A stretch of 63,045 nucleotides of DNA, filler included, from Dirinaria sp. TL-2023a (lineage: Eukaryota): the NCBI GenBank assembly GCA_051941275.1. It is 54 parts of 54 records of this genome, joined end to end, with 100 filler letters (N's around TTAATTAATTAA, not from the genome) between each part and the next. Parts side by side here need not be neighbours in the genome. Positions count along the whole stretch, not along the records: positions 1 to 1,099 come from JAVEBF010002994.1; positions 1,200 to 2,296 come from JAVEBF010002995.1; positions 2,397 to 3,493 come from JAVEBF010002996.1; positions 3,594 to 4,686 come from JAVEBF010002997.1; positions 4,787 to 5,879 come from JAVEBF010002998.1; positions 5,980 to 7,071 come from JAVEBF010002999.1; positions 7,172 to 8,263 come from JAVEBF010003000.1; positions 8,364 to 9,455 come from JAVEBF010003001.1; 46 more parts are not named here. One strand, 5' to 3'. This document shows, piece by piece, positions 1-11,182 of this stretch. The translations under genes and the position numbers were made by a program. Every line of letters starts with the position of its first letter. Positions within the stretch are counted from its first letter, which is position 1. The notes under the pieces were generated by a model. The model was given only the letters and a program-made list of their open reading frames with translations. It searched no databases and had not been told where the DNA came from.

Positions 1-483
1 ACTTATTTCATATAGAAGATCGAGTTGCACACCAAATAGAGTTTGTTTCAAATACAGATTCATTGAAACTCAGATTTAATACTGTTTTCAAAACTCAAAA
101 CTATGACTAAGATAACGCTGATGTTCACTCAACACCGACTCAAAACCATTCTAAAATCAGGTTGAAAAATGACGTACTGCCCGTAAAATAAGTGTCTAGT
201 AGGACTAGGGGGAAGTGTCTACATGGCTACCAGGTGCGTTGCTGACATTGTCATCTAGGTCAATACATTGTTGATTTTTAAGCAATGCTTTGTTAATTTC
301 AAAGCATTGATTTCCAAGCATTAGATTTCCAAGCAATAATTGCAAAGCAATGCTATCAAAGCAACTTGCGCATATCGCATATCGTCAAGGTCTATCTCAA
401 TTCGATTAGCAGCATGAACAGTGAGGTTTTGGCAGTTGGCTTGGCAGTGTGTATTTAGGTCATCATGGGCCTCACCTTGAGTT

Positions 484-613
484 TGTCAAAGACCCAACCT
501 TGGTTAGATAGGTTTCCCAATGGTAAAAGTCCCGGCAGCGCCAAAAGACTAACTAAACCAAGTCAAGGGACTTGGTGCCTATCTTACTACTTAGGTGTTC
601 CAGGGTCGTAACA
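484..613 (-). mobile_element. Solo LTR, family A (130 bp), 5-bp TSD GAGTT
   Basis: TGTCAAAGACCC...GGGTCGTAACA termini; GAGTT at 479-483 and 614-618; near-identical copies elsewhere in window. Confidence 0.92.
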
Positions 614-1099
614 GAGTTGGCCATCAACATTACTTCATCGTCTGCTTCAACATCAAATCGCACTCGATTTTCGCATCGCAAAGCGCTTTTTCACACTAAA
701 TTCACTAGTTAGTTCATATCTCAGAACTACAATGCCTTCAATTCGACAGTTCGCTAGAGTCAGAAGAATCACTCGCCGCGCTCAGAAATCAACTGCATCG
801 ACATCCTCATCGACAACGGCACTCTCATCGTCATCGACAGTCGCGTCATTCTCTGCCACTCTCATTGACACGATGTCATCTTCTCTGAAGATTTCTGACT
901 CGCAACCCATCTCGTCGTCAACACGCTCGTCAGCACGCGTCGCGAATATTGAGGCATTACTAGCTGATATTGAAGTCGAAAAACGATATAAGACACTAAA
1001 GACAGAGTTTCTCGTCATTAGAAACGAGCACGGCTCTTTCTCAGAAACGTCATCGACGTCATCATCATTGTCAGTTGCGGCGTCGCAGTATCAGACTTC

Positions 1100-1199
1100 N
1101 NNNNNNNNNNNNNNNNNNNNNNNNNNNNNNNNNNNNNNNNNNNTTAATTAATTAANNNNNNNNNNNNNNNNNNNNNNNNNNNNNNNNNNNNNNNNNNNN
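1100..1199. other. Artificial contig linker (first of 53): N44 + TTAATTAATTAA + N44
   Basis: Identical 100-bp spacer with six-frame stop core recurs about every 1.15-1.2 kb; contig lengths decline from 1099 to 1043 bp. Confidence 0.99.
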
Positions 1200-2396
1200 T
1201 CTTTGATTGATGCACCCAAGACAGGCGGTGCTTGGCTTCAATGCGTAGATCGTATCCTAGACGGAACGCAAGCCCAAGTGAAAATCAATTCGTATTATTA
1301 AATTAGTCCCAATACGCAGTCTTACCACCTGGTAAGATCCAACAGCCATCTACTTACCGCCTGGGGCCAGCTATACATGACCATTGTCCTGTTTGAATCC
1401 CAGGAAACAGCAGTCGCCCTTCACCTCCTACTTATTAATAGCGATTCACGATTTGCGTGTCAACCATGCTTTGACGAATCCCACTTCTTGTTGGCAGCAA
1501 TGGCATCCCCGTTCGTTCGTGGAATCATTTCGAAAGACCATCAAAAATCTTTTTTGATTGTGAGAAGTAATTTGGATAAGGAGTTTCCAGGTGCTAGGAC
1601 TAATTGGGCATTAAGCTCGGCAGACTCCGGCGCCCAAGGGAGCCGAGGGAACCTGTTTGTGGCAATGTTGCGCGACTATACGGGTCTTGTGTACATTTCT
1701 GACTCCCAGTAAATAAGGAAGCTGTCACCTCAGACATTACAGAGCCCAGCCCGTGACATAACGCTGCAGCAGCCTCCGGGCAACAGTTGCCGAAACCTGG
1801 TGTCACTATAGACTTCAAAGATCTTTCTCAGCGTATCTCGTTTCTAGATAGTCCATTTCGGCGGCCGAAGCATCAGCGTCCAATTTCCTAGAACGTAGAT
1901 TTTTTGCCCGATACGCTCTGCCGCCCATATTAGGACCAAATCTTATCTAGCAATCCGGCAGGGGGGTAGACAGTGGCCGCCTTTTCCAGCTTGCATATTA
2001 TCGCCGAGCCTTTTAGAGCATGGCCTTTCTCAGCCACAACTGCATGGGAAATTGCCGTTTTCGACATTGATCTCGACAGGAAATTGATCGTGATTAGTGT
2101 TGACGGATGCTACTGCAAAAGAAAGGTTACCGATGACGCCTACTGATTTGTATGAAATCTGGAAAATGCGGGTCGAAGCCGCTCAATCATTATGAGCCGC
2201 ATAAAAATTTTAAGACGTTCTTGAGAATTAGAACATTTTGAACTATACACACTATTGAGATGTTTGAGAATACAAACACCGCCTTCCGTGATGTCANNNN
2301 NNNNNNNNNNNNNNNNNNNNNNNNNNNNNNNNNNNNNNNNTTAATTAATTAANNNNNNNNNNNNNNNNNNNNNNNNNNNNNNNNNNNNNNNNNNNN

Positions 2397-3493
2397 ATCA
2401 AAGACTTTGTGTTCAAACACGATTCTGTGAGGGTCATCCAGACAGCACTGAAATATGCCAACATCGACCAGAGGAAGATGATTGCTCGAGAACTCAAAGG
2501 CGAATACAGAGGTTTGGCCGAGAGCAGATACGCCAAATTCTTGATTGGTAAGCTTCTTGTCCGTGGGGACGAAGAGACCCGGGACCTAGTTTTGCCGGAG
2601 CTCTATGGGCACGTCCGAGGCTTCATTAAGCATCCAGAGGCCTCATGGATATTAGATGATATCTACAGAGGTGTTGCGACTCCGAAGCAAAAGTCTCTTT
2701 TGTTGCGGGAGTGGTACGGCGCTGAGTTTGCAATTTTCAAGTCGAAAGATCCGAGCGACATCTCCGCAAAGTTGACAGACATACTAGCAGCCCAGCCCGA
2801 GAAGCGTCAACCGGTTATGCATGCTTTGCATGACCTCATTAACCTATGTATACAGAAGAAGACGACTGGATTCACGATGCTTCACGATGCTATGCTCCAG
2901 TACTACCTCAACATTCAACCTGGAGGATCAGAAGCAACGGAGTTTATCGAGCTGCTCAAAGGTGATGAAGAAGGGGACCTTCTCAAGAATCTTGCCTTCA
3001 CCGAATCTGGGGCCCGAATTGTCTGCCTGGCCCTCGCTTATGGCAATGCGAAGGATCGTAAAACCATCCTTAAGACATACAAGAACACCTTCCAGATGCT
3101 AGCATACGACGCAAATGGCTACCGCGTGATACTGACCGCCTACGATGTTGTGGACGATACAGTGCTCATCGCCAAGTCCGTAATCTCTGAACTTCTTGGG
3201 AAGGATACCTCATCCGAAGATTCTCATGAAAATCTCCTTGCAATGGCCACGCATCTTAAAGCTCGCAAAACCCTACTCTATCCATTTTCGGGAAAAGCGA
3301 AATCGCTTCTCTCCGATGATGATCGAGCGCTTTTAGATGAGATACATGCCATACGTGCCACAACATCGAAGAAGGATCCTGAAGTGAGACGGAAGGAGCT
3401 CGTCGCTTCACTCTCACCACCTCTCCTGTCTCTCGTTCAAAATCGTACGGAGTCATTGATACAAACAAATTTGGGCTGCCAATTCATCAGTGA
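2397..3493 (+). CDS. PUF6: Pumilio-homology/CPL-domain nucleolar protein, internal fragment
   Basis: Open frame across contig; motifs VFKHDSVRVIQTALKY, HPEASWILDDIYRG, GFTMLHDAMLQY, SKKDPEVRRKEL. Confidence 0.9.
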
Positions 3494-3593
3494 NNNNNNN
3501 NNNNNNNNNNNNNNNNNNNNNNNNNNNNNNNNNNNNNTTAATTAATTAANNNNNNNNNNNNNNNNNNNNNNNNNNNNNNNNNNNNNNNNNNNN

Positions 3594-4374
3594 GATCCAG
3601 ATCGGCGAAATAATCATGCCCATCGAAGTCAACGTACTGGCTCGGTGTGATGACTCCTGGGACGTAGAAAGAACGGAAAAGTTCCTCAATGAGCAAGACG
3701 TAGATATCTTGAGGTATGCCCTTCTCACCGAATAGGTTTTCACGAAGGGAGAGAGCCAAGCTGATTTTTGGACCCTTTGGGTAGTCTTCGGCTTCAATAA
3801 CAGCCTCATAGTCATCGAGAGTCTGCTTGATTGCCGCATCTGCCAAACACTGCTCTTCTGTATTGTCAAGTTCATTCTCCTCGGAGTCGGCGAAACTTTT
3901 ACTGTCATCATCACTACTTGGTTCGTCTTCGTCTGATTTTTCCAGGACTTGGTAAACATCATCCCCGATGGTTAGCATTGACACAGAGTCTGTGGCAGTC
4001 TCAGCTCTGGTAATTGCGCGGTTAGAATCATCGACCGAGCCGTCCAAGGCAATATCATCACCCGAACAGGGAATCCTGGAATAATTTTGATGTGAAGAGG
4101 CAGCAATCATGATCCACAGATAAGAGTAGAACTTGTGTAGAGAAACATTTGCCAATGTTGCTACGAGAACCGCAAAGCGATCTTCTGACAGATCAAATAG
4201 CCGTGTCCTCATCCGATGGATTTCTTGCTGGGTGCACTCTTCGAGGAAGCTGTCAAGCGCTACCTCGTGACGCAAAGGGAGACCTTCCATCAAGTCTAGG
4301 ATTCGGCAGTATCCTTCAGACGACATTGAGGGTGTCATGTTCTCCAGAAAACAGGAGTAGGATTTCAATCAGAA
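3594..4374 (-). CDS. Hypothetical protein exon with acidic tract (fragment)
   Basis: About 258 open codons; upstream intron-like GTAAGC...CTGAC...TAG; no recognised domain. Confidence 0.45.
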
Positions 4375-7171
4375 GCTAGGAAAGAGTCAGTCAAGATGCA
4401 AGAATTCTCCATGCCTGCTTACCTGTGCTTATGGTGTAGGTAGACTAGCACGACAAAAGTTTCCAAATACGGGGTTGGTTCAAAATCAATGGTGGTGGCA
4501 AACCAGATACTGTTCTGGTCAGATATTCCTGGGCTACTCACGGATATATCATGTTAATTAAAGAGCAAGCGTGTTAGGAAGTCCCGAAGGTGATGCATGA
4601 CGCATACCAATAAAAGCTTTGTTCCACACTAACACGTTTGGCTAGCTGTGTTGCCAATAAAATCGGTGTTGCGGTAGGATAGATATNNNNNNNNNNNNNN
4701 NNNNNNNNNNNNNNNNNNNNNNNNNNNNNNTTAATTAATTAANNNNNNNNNNNNNNNNNNNNNNNNNNNNNNNNNNNNNNNNNNNNGCTCTTCTTCGTTT
4801 CTCACAATCCAGCAGCGCGGTGGATACAATTATCCTACATGCACCCCGAGCAAAAAGATAGTGGCGACGGAAAAGCACTGTTCCTTTTACGTGGTCCAGA
4901 AACTTGTCTCCAGTGCGCGTTTGAGGCTGTTATCCCCCACTGCGGTCAACCTCCTACTTATAGCACCCAAGATGACCATTTTCCCGATGCTTATGTTCTA
5001 CTTTGATGGCGTTCTAGGGCCTCGGAGCAGATACGACCAAGCAAAAACGTTGGAAAACAATGCCTTTTGGATTTAAAAGCGCCTGCCAGGAGCCACAGAT
5101 CACATCTGGAAAAGTACCGGCCAGCAGGAAGACAAGTGTGACTCTTGAACCAGGAGCCAATGCTGATAGGTCCCCGAAACTCCATAAAAACCTGAAGCAA
5201 GATGAAATTCTAATAAGTCAAGCCTCCTCTGATGCTTTCTTCCTTCCTTCTTCCTAAAATTGTCTAAGAAAAACTTCATAAGCGGGCAGTAGAACTATAT
5301 AAAGAAAGGCTAGATAGCGGACGATGATATCTCAGACACTGTACTGCCGTCCCAAACACAGTCATATGACCCTGTCGAAGAAAACCGAAGACTCCGAGTA
5401 ACAACATACCGGTATCGAAAGGAGGAACAGAGACCACCTCAGATTCTAGCGCATTACCGACAAACACTAACATCCTACACTTGAAGGGTGAGAGAACAAA
5501 GACTCTGAGCAATACAGTGGCCGCTCCGAAGACAGAAGCTGAAAAGGTCGTTGTCTGGGGGGTGGAAGCCTCATCTTTGAAGAGCATGGAGAAGGAATTC
5601 ATTTCCAAGCCTTGATCGAAATTCTGATACGTGTCTTTGGAGAAAGCTGAAAGGGGTAAACCTGGGTTTCCAATGAAGGTGGAAAATTAGACTGGAAGAA
5701 AATATAGCAAGAAGAGTCCATCCCACTTGTCTATCATTAAAAAAACCTCCATCATTGAAGAGGGGGGGGGGAGAAATAAGTTTCGTCCGCCTGCATTTAT
5801 GATTCAACCTCCTCCGTATCGAATGTTAGATATGTACTTTATATCTTCTCCCCTCTCCTCCTCACCCCACCAAAAACCGNNNNNNNNNNNNNNNNNNNNN
5901 NNNNNNNNNNNNNNNNNNNNNNNTTAATTAATTAANNNNNNNNNNNNNNNNNNNNNNNNNNNNNNNNNNNNNNNNNNNNAGCCGCAGTAGTGAAAGCCGC
6001 AGACAACAAGCAATGGAGAAAAGAAGAATGGACACGGAGAGATCGCGATCAAGTTATCCAGAGGTAAGGCTGCTTGGGCTGTGCCACGGATGTCACCGTA
6101 CCTATGGCGATCTGTCGCCCAACTCTGCGGAGCCATCTCATACTTCTTGGCTACGAACAGCTTACAGTCAGCAAGGCTGTAAACTGCGTGTAATCAACGC
6201 TCGGCGTGCATCAGGCTGGTGACAATGTTCAACAGTAACCAAATGGGCCAGTGCAGGTTCTGTGCCTCAATGATGCATTCGATGTCTTTGCAATTTGATG
6301 TCGAATGCCTAGGCGACACGGCATATTTTCTTCAGCTGCTGTGCTTGGCATTGTTGATCAGACATCAGACGATATTGCTCGACAATTAAATGAAAACCTT
6401 TCTGCGCTAACAGCAATGATGACTGCGATTTGGGGTCGAATCGAGCTACTTTTAGTTTCCAGGCTCGCGGGTTTCAAAACAAACCGGACACTGAATGCGC
6501 CAAGCCTCACCCAAAGTGTCCGGTTTTTGACACCCACGAGCCAGGGTCCTCCAAAAGGTTCGGCTTTTCTTCGGATTTCTCAATTCGAATGACTTTCTAA
6601 CCTGAATAGATCAGTCCTGAGGTGCACTTCCGTTCCAGTTTCCCACACCGTTACTCAGCACTTGCATTTCACAGATCATCTCGTGCCTATGTTAAGTAAT
6701 GCAAACCCACATAGAATCCATCATCCTCGTCTTTTGACTTGATCAGAAGTTCTGTAGAAGAACGATGCTTAAGAATCTCTACGGTTAAGAATCATTGTGC
6801 AACGAACTGATTTTCACATTCTGCCCTATACTTTAGGGTTAGGTCTCCATACGAAATTCACATGTGAAATTCATTCACCTCATGCGGTATCGCCAAGCCC
6901 GTCAAAACTAAAGTAGTAAATACCTTGTATACTCCCTTCATTAATTGAGTACAATATCAATATTCTCACAACCAAACAACCACCTCCCCAGACCTGCAGA
7001 ACCCCCACACCTCGAAACCATGGACGTAAGCCCTCTCTCCCTTTCCCCCCTTCCACAACCTTATCTAACCCNNNNNNNNNNNNNNNNNNNNNNNNNNNNN
7101 NNNNNNNNNNNNNNNTTAATTAATTAANNNNNNNNNNNNNNNNNNNNNNNNNNNNNNNNNNNNNNNNNNNN

Positions 7172-7188
7172 GTTCCAGGGTCGTAACA
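7172..7188 (-). mobile_element. Family A LTR end at contig edge
   Basis: GTTCCAGGGTCGTAACA identical to 597-613. Confidence 0.75.
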
Positions 7189-8363
7189 TTTCTCAAATTA
7201 TTGATGACGACAACGAGGCGCGTATATATATGCCGTGATACTTCAATCGTCATGCTGACGTTTAAAAAGAAAGATTGAATGATGAGCGAATTGTAAAATT
7301 TACAAATGTTTAGATTGAGAAGTCTGTAATTTAGAAGATTCTATCTGATATCATTCAATAGACTCTTGGCCTAAAATAAATCATATGAGGGTCGTCTGAA
7401 TAATTATTTCGTTTTATTTTTATTTCAATCAAGAGACATGAATAAATGCTGACTGTGTACGTAACGACTAGAAGAGAGTAGAAGACTAGTTCGTAAAAAT
7501 AATCATCTCGAGCAAAACATAATCTTTTGTCGTAAATTACGACGTGCGATGCTCGAATTTTATGTACAGATATTAAAAACTTATAGATTTGCTATCAGCT
7601 TTAAAAGGATCTTTCTCAGGAATTAACAATAGTCGATGACAGTTGAGAAATACTAAGAGTAATCATTAAGTAGTGAGCAAAAGACAAACTGTATAAAGTC
7701 ACAAATCGCACGCCTCGAGACGTTAAAGTTGATTTGTGGACATTTAGACTTTCTCTCGTTTACTCATTTTCATTAATCTTCGATATACATTTCGATGTGT
7801 CTCAGCGTTTTCTGCAACGTTTTGCGTTCTTCTCGATTCTCGAGATATTTTTGTACGCAGATCTTATGTCACAAAGCCTTCAAAAAGGCGAAAAACAGTT
7901 AATGATTCGCGTTCGTTATCTTATTAGCCTCAAGAAACTAAATACAAATGATTCGACAGTTAAAATGCGCACTACAGAGCTGACGTAGAAAAGGTGAGGG
8001 AGGGAAGAGAAATAGTTGTAAAGAAGCTCTTTTAAGTATTTTCCCAAATAGACTACTCAGATTCACCCCCCTATGCACGTTTTTCTAGGGCTAGACTAGG
8101 GTAATCCGGCTTTCTTTGTTTAGACTGAAAATTCTTATTATGTTTTGATAGGGGTCCTGATTATGAATGGTAAAAGGGTTGATAGTTCTAGCTACTGGAT
8201 GGTGATCTAATATACATGCGGTTGCCACGGTGACAAATAAGCCACCGTCCATGGTGGTACTTTNNNNNNNNNNNNNNNNNNNNNNNNNNNNNNNNNNNNN
8301 NNNNNNNTTAATTAATTAANNNNNNNNNNNNNNNNNNNNNNNNNNNNNNNNNNNNNNNNNNNN

Positions 8364-9020
8364 AATGAAGAAACGAATAAAATAGTCAACGAGATACACA
8401 AATATTCGCTGCTCGATCAATTGACGTGTGAATCTGCTGTCAGAGCAGCGCTGATTCAAGAATAAACTCGCGCAGAATGACGAAGAAAGTAAAAAGAAGA
8501 CATCAACGAAGCTCATTATCGCGCGTTGACGTTTACGATAATTTAGCGTCATATGCGATTTCACGATGATCGAACGAAATTACACAGCGTTTTGTTTACA
8601 CAGTTGAGGACGAGTAAAATAGAATTCAATCAATTTTTAAACGAGCGACTCGTCTCTGAAGTGATCACAGAGATCTGCGACTGCGAACAAGATCGCATAA
8701 CAGTCAGACACGTGTTATTAACGTGTTCTACGTGAAAACAGAAGAGATTAGAGATGCAACGAAGAATATCAAAGACCCAACCTTGGTTAGATAGGTTTCC
8801 CAATGGTAAAAGTCCCGGCAGCGCCAAAAGACTAACTAAACCAAGTCAAGGGACTTGATGCCTATCTTACTACTTAGGTGTTCCAGGGTCGTAATAAAGA
8901 ACGAATAATATCACAGATGTGAGAAAGCTGCTCGATAGCGTCACTGATGTCACAGCGACGATACGCATAATTTTATTCACTGATTTACTCAGTTAGTTTC
9001 AGACGACTGCTTTTTCTTCA
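8364..9020 (+). pseudogene. Tad-like LINE ORF2 C-terminus (Cys/His motif), mutated, interrupted by family A LTR
   Basis: QLRTSKIEFNQFLNER...CDCEQDRITVRHVLLTCST* resembles QLRTGKIG...CxC...HVLLxCP; Gly/Pro/Trp lost. Confidence 0.75.
8767..8896 (-). mobile_element. Solo LTR, family A, 5-bp TSD AAGAA
   Basis: 130 bp, 3 differences from 484-613; AAGAA at 8762-8766 and 8897-8901. Confidence 0.92.
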
Positions 9021-9039
9021 GAATCTTAGACCCATAGAG

Positions 9040-9158
9040 TCCTCGCATGAAGGATTTTCGAGTAACTGAGCATCTTTAACAAATATTTGCGATATAAAAT
9101 TCCTCTCAGCTCTCGAATCAATAAGACATTTAATCTCGCGAATATCATGAGACGTGTT
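9040..9158 (-). pseudogene. Ty3/gypsy aspartic protease relic
   Basis: CLIDSRAERNFIS resembles LIDSGAxxNFIS. Confidence 0.55.
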
Positions 9159-9455
9159 TGTTACGACCCTGGAACACCTAAGTAGTAAGATAGGCATCAA
9201 GTCCCTTGACTTGGTTTAGTTAGTCTTTTGACGCTGCCGGGACTTTTACCATTGGGAAATCTATCTAACCAAGGTTGAGTCTTTGACATTAAACCAAGTC
9301 AACCCGGTCGCAAGATTCTGAGTTCGATTCTCAGCTCGAACGCTTGAAGGATTTTCGGGTTTCGGCGAGGACTTGTGACTGAGAGCTTGTCTAAGCTCGG
9401 GGCGATTACTGTTCTCTGTCAATAACACTTTAGACTCTCTTTGAAACTCCGCGCG
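9159..9455 (+). mobile_element. Family A 5' LTR (9159-9288) plus start of internal region with self-complementary PBS (9290-9302)
   Basis: No TSD after LTR; TAAACCAAGTCAA is the exact reverse complement of LTR 9206-9218; hairpin CTGAG-TTCGATT-CTCAG at 9318-9334. Confidence 0.8.
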
Positions 9456-9555
9456 NNNNNNNNNNNNNNNNNNNNNNNNNNNNNNNNNNNNNNNNNNNNT
9501 TAATTAATTAANNNNNNNNNNNNNNNNNNNNNNNNNNNNNNNNNNNNNNNNNNNN

Positions 9556-10460
9556 CGATAGAGTTCTGAGCTAGTTCTTGCGATGCTTTATCAGCTTGGA
9601 GACGGTCCCAGATTGAGTTGGTGACACCTATGTCGCGTTCATCTGAAGCCTCGGACACATGTATAAGCTCGTCAACGGGCGCACTTGAATTTCTAAAAAC
9701 GTCTTGAGTCGATGCGATAGATTGCATCGTTTTCAGTGCATTCGGACGTTCGACCAGATCTTGTGTAGCCTGGTCATTCTGCTGTAGTCTTGTTGACTTG
9801 GAGCTGTTTATGACTGAGCGCGCTCTTCTTCCAGCCAAGAAGAATGTGAGGACGTCCACGATCTGCCAACGGGAAACAGTCAGTTTCGATGTCGAGCTGC
9901 CTGCGTTTCGAAACGTGGTGCTTGTGATCGATTTGGAGATAGTTTGGACGTCGCGGCCGTTGCCCCAAGAAGGAAGACTGGAAAGCTCTCGGAAAAGTGA
10001 GATTATTTCCGAGAACGACGCACGTGTATTTGTTGCATCAATAACGATTCCTGTCTTTTCGAGATATTGCTGAAGAAATTTCCAGCAGTCCTCTGGCTCC
10101 ATGTTAGTAAAGATAATCTCCTCTGAAAATCGGCTTGATAATCCCTGATTGACACTCAGGAGCTCATTCATGCTATCTTCATAGCCCGCAAGGATGACGA
10201 CAATCTTTCCTGCGAATCGAGGCTTTGCCAGGCTATCAACAAGCTCGTTAATTGCCTCTACAGCAAAAGCACCTTGTCCTAGCCGATAAGCCTCATCCAC
10301 AAAAAGCATCTTTCCAGGAGCCTTTTCGAGCAGCTGGATAGTCTTGGGTCCTGTCTGCCCTACATATCCAGCGACCAGGTCTGTAGCAGAGCATTCATGG
10401 ACATCCGACGTTGAAAGGAAGCCCATGTCGTAAAAGACTTTACCCACCTTTCGAACGGTC
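9556..10460 (-). CDS. CbbX/SpoVK-like AAA ATPase domain of a large fungal protein (fragment; Walker A region appears disrupted)
   Basis: DLVAGYVGQTGPKT, GKMLFVDEAYRL, VVILAGY, NQGLSSRF, WGNGRDVQT. Confidence 0.8.
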
Positions 10461-11049
10461 AGGCGTCGGTTCGATGCTTGATACATGACGGACTGTACAT
10501 ACCAGCTTGATTATGTGCTCCATCTTTCGACATTAGCATATTCCTTGCACAAGTCTTTTCCTGTAATGAAAGTCGAAATCATTGCTTACACCACTGGACT
10601 CTTTCTCGTCGCCTGCCACTTGCTCTCCCTCCCCCAAACATAGAATNNNNNNNNNNNNNNNNNNNNNNNNNNNNNNNNNNNNNNNNNNNNTTAATTAATT
10701 AANNNNNNNNNNNNNNNNNNNNNNNNNNNNNNNNNNNNNNNNNNNNGGATTCGATTTGCGAGGGTGATGGCGTGGGTGCGGTGTGTGAGGATGTAGGTAC
10801 GACGTCCTCGGACAGTTCGCCTATGTTGGATGTCGTCGTTGTCGTCGTCGAGGCCGCTCTTGCATAGGGGCATAGTCGCCAGCGCGAGATGCTGGCTGAT
10901 CGACCTGAAGGGATTATAGAGCTCCTTGAGCGTATTGGAAGCCGATGAGTGGCCATGTTTGTGTGGAATTGGAATGTTTTCTTCTGTTTTGGAAGCTTTT
11001 TGAGAATTCGAGATGTAGATTGCTGGTTAGCGAGTTCGATTGCGCGCTA

Positions 11050-11182
11050 CTCGTATTCACCTACTTTCTTGGTAGGGTTAGGGTTAACGCCCACCAGAAG
11101 TCTTCCAACCCTACATTACTTAGGGTTATGATGCTCTTAGTGCCATAACCCTAACCCTACCAAGAAAGTAGGTGAATACGAG
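11050..11182. mobile_element. MITE with 37-bp perfect TIRs containing GGGTTAGGGTTA; TA TSD
   Basis: CTCGTATTCACCTACTTTCTTGGTAGGGTTAGGGTTA and its exact reverse complement; TA at 11048-11049 and 11183-11184. Confidence 0.88.

Noticed and set aside
176..266. GC-richer island with weak inverted ends TACTGCCC/GGTCAATA
   Set aside because: Single copy, mismatched ends, no convincing TSD
732..1099. Ser/Thr-rich ORF
   Set aside because: No recognisable domain; CC/GG-poor like TE relics, cannot be assigned
9205..9342. Intron-containing tRNA gene
   Set aside because: A-box-like and T-arm motifs present but no acceptor or anticodon stem
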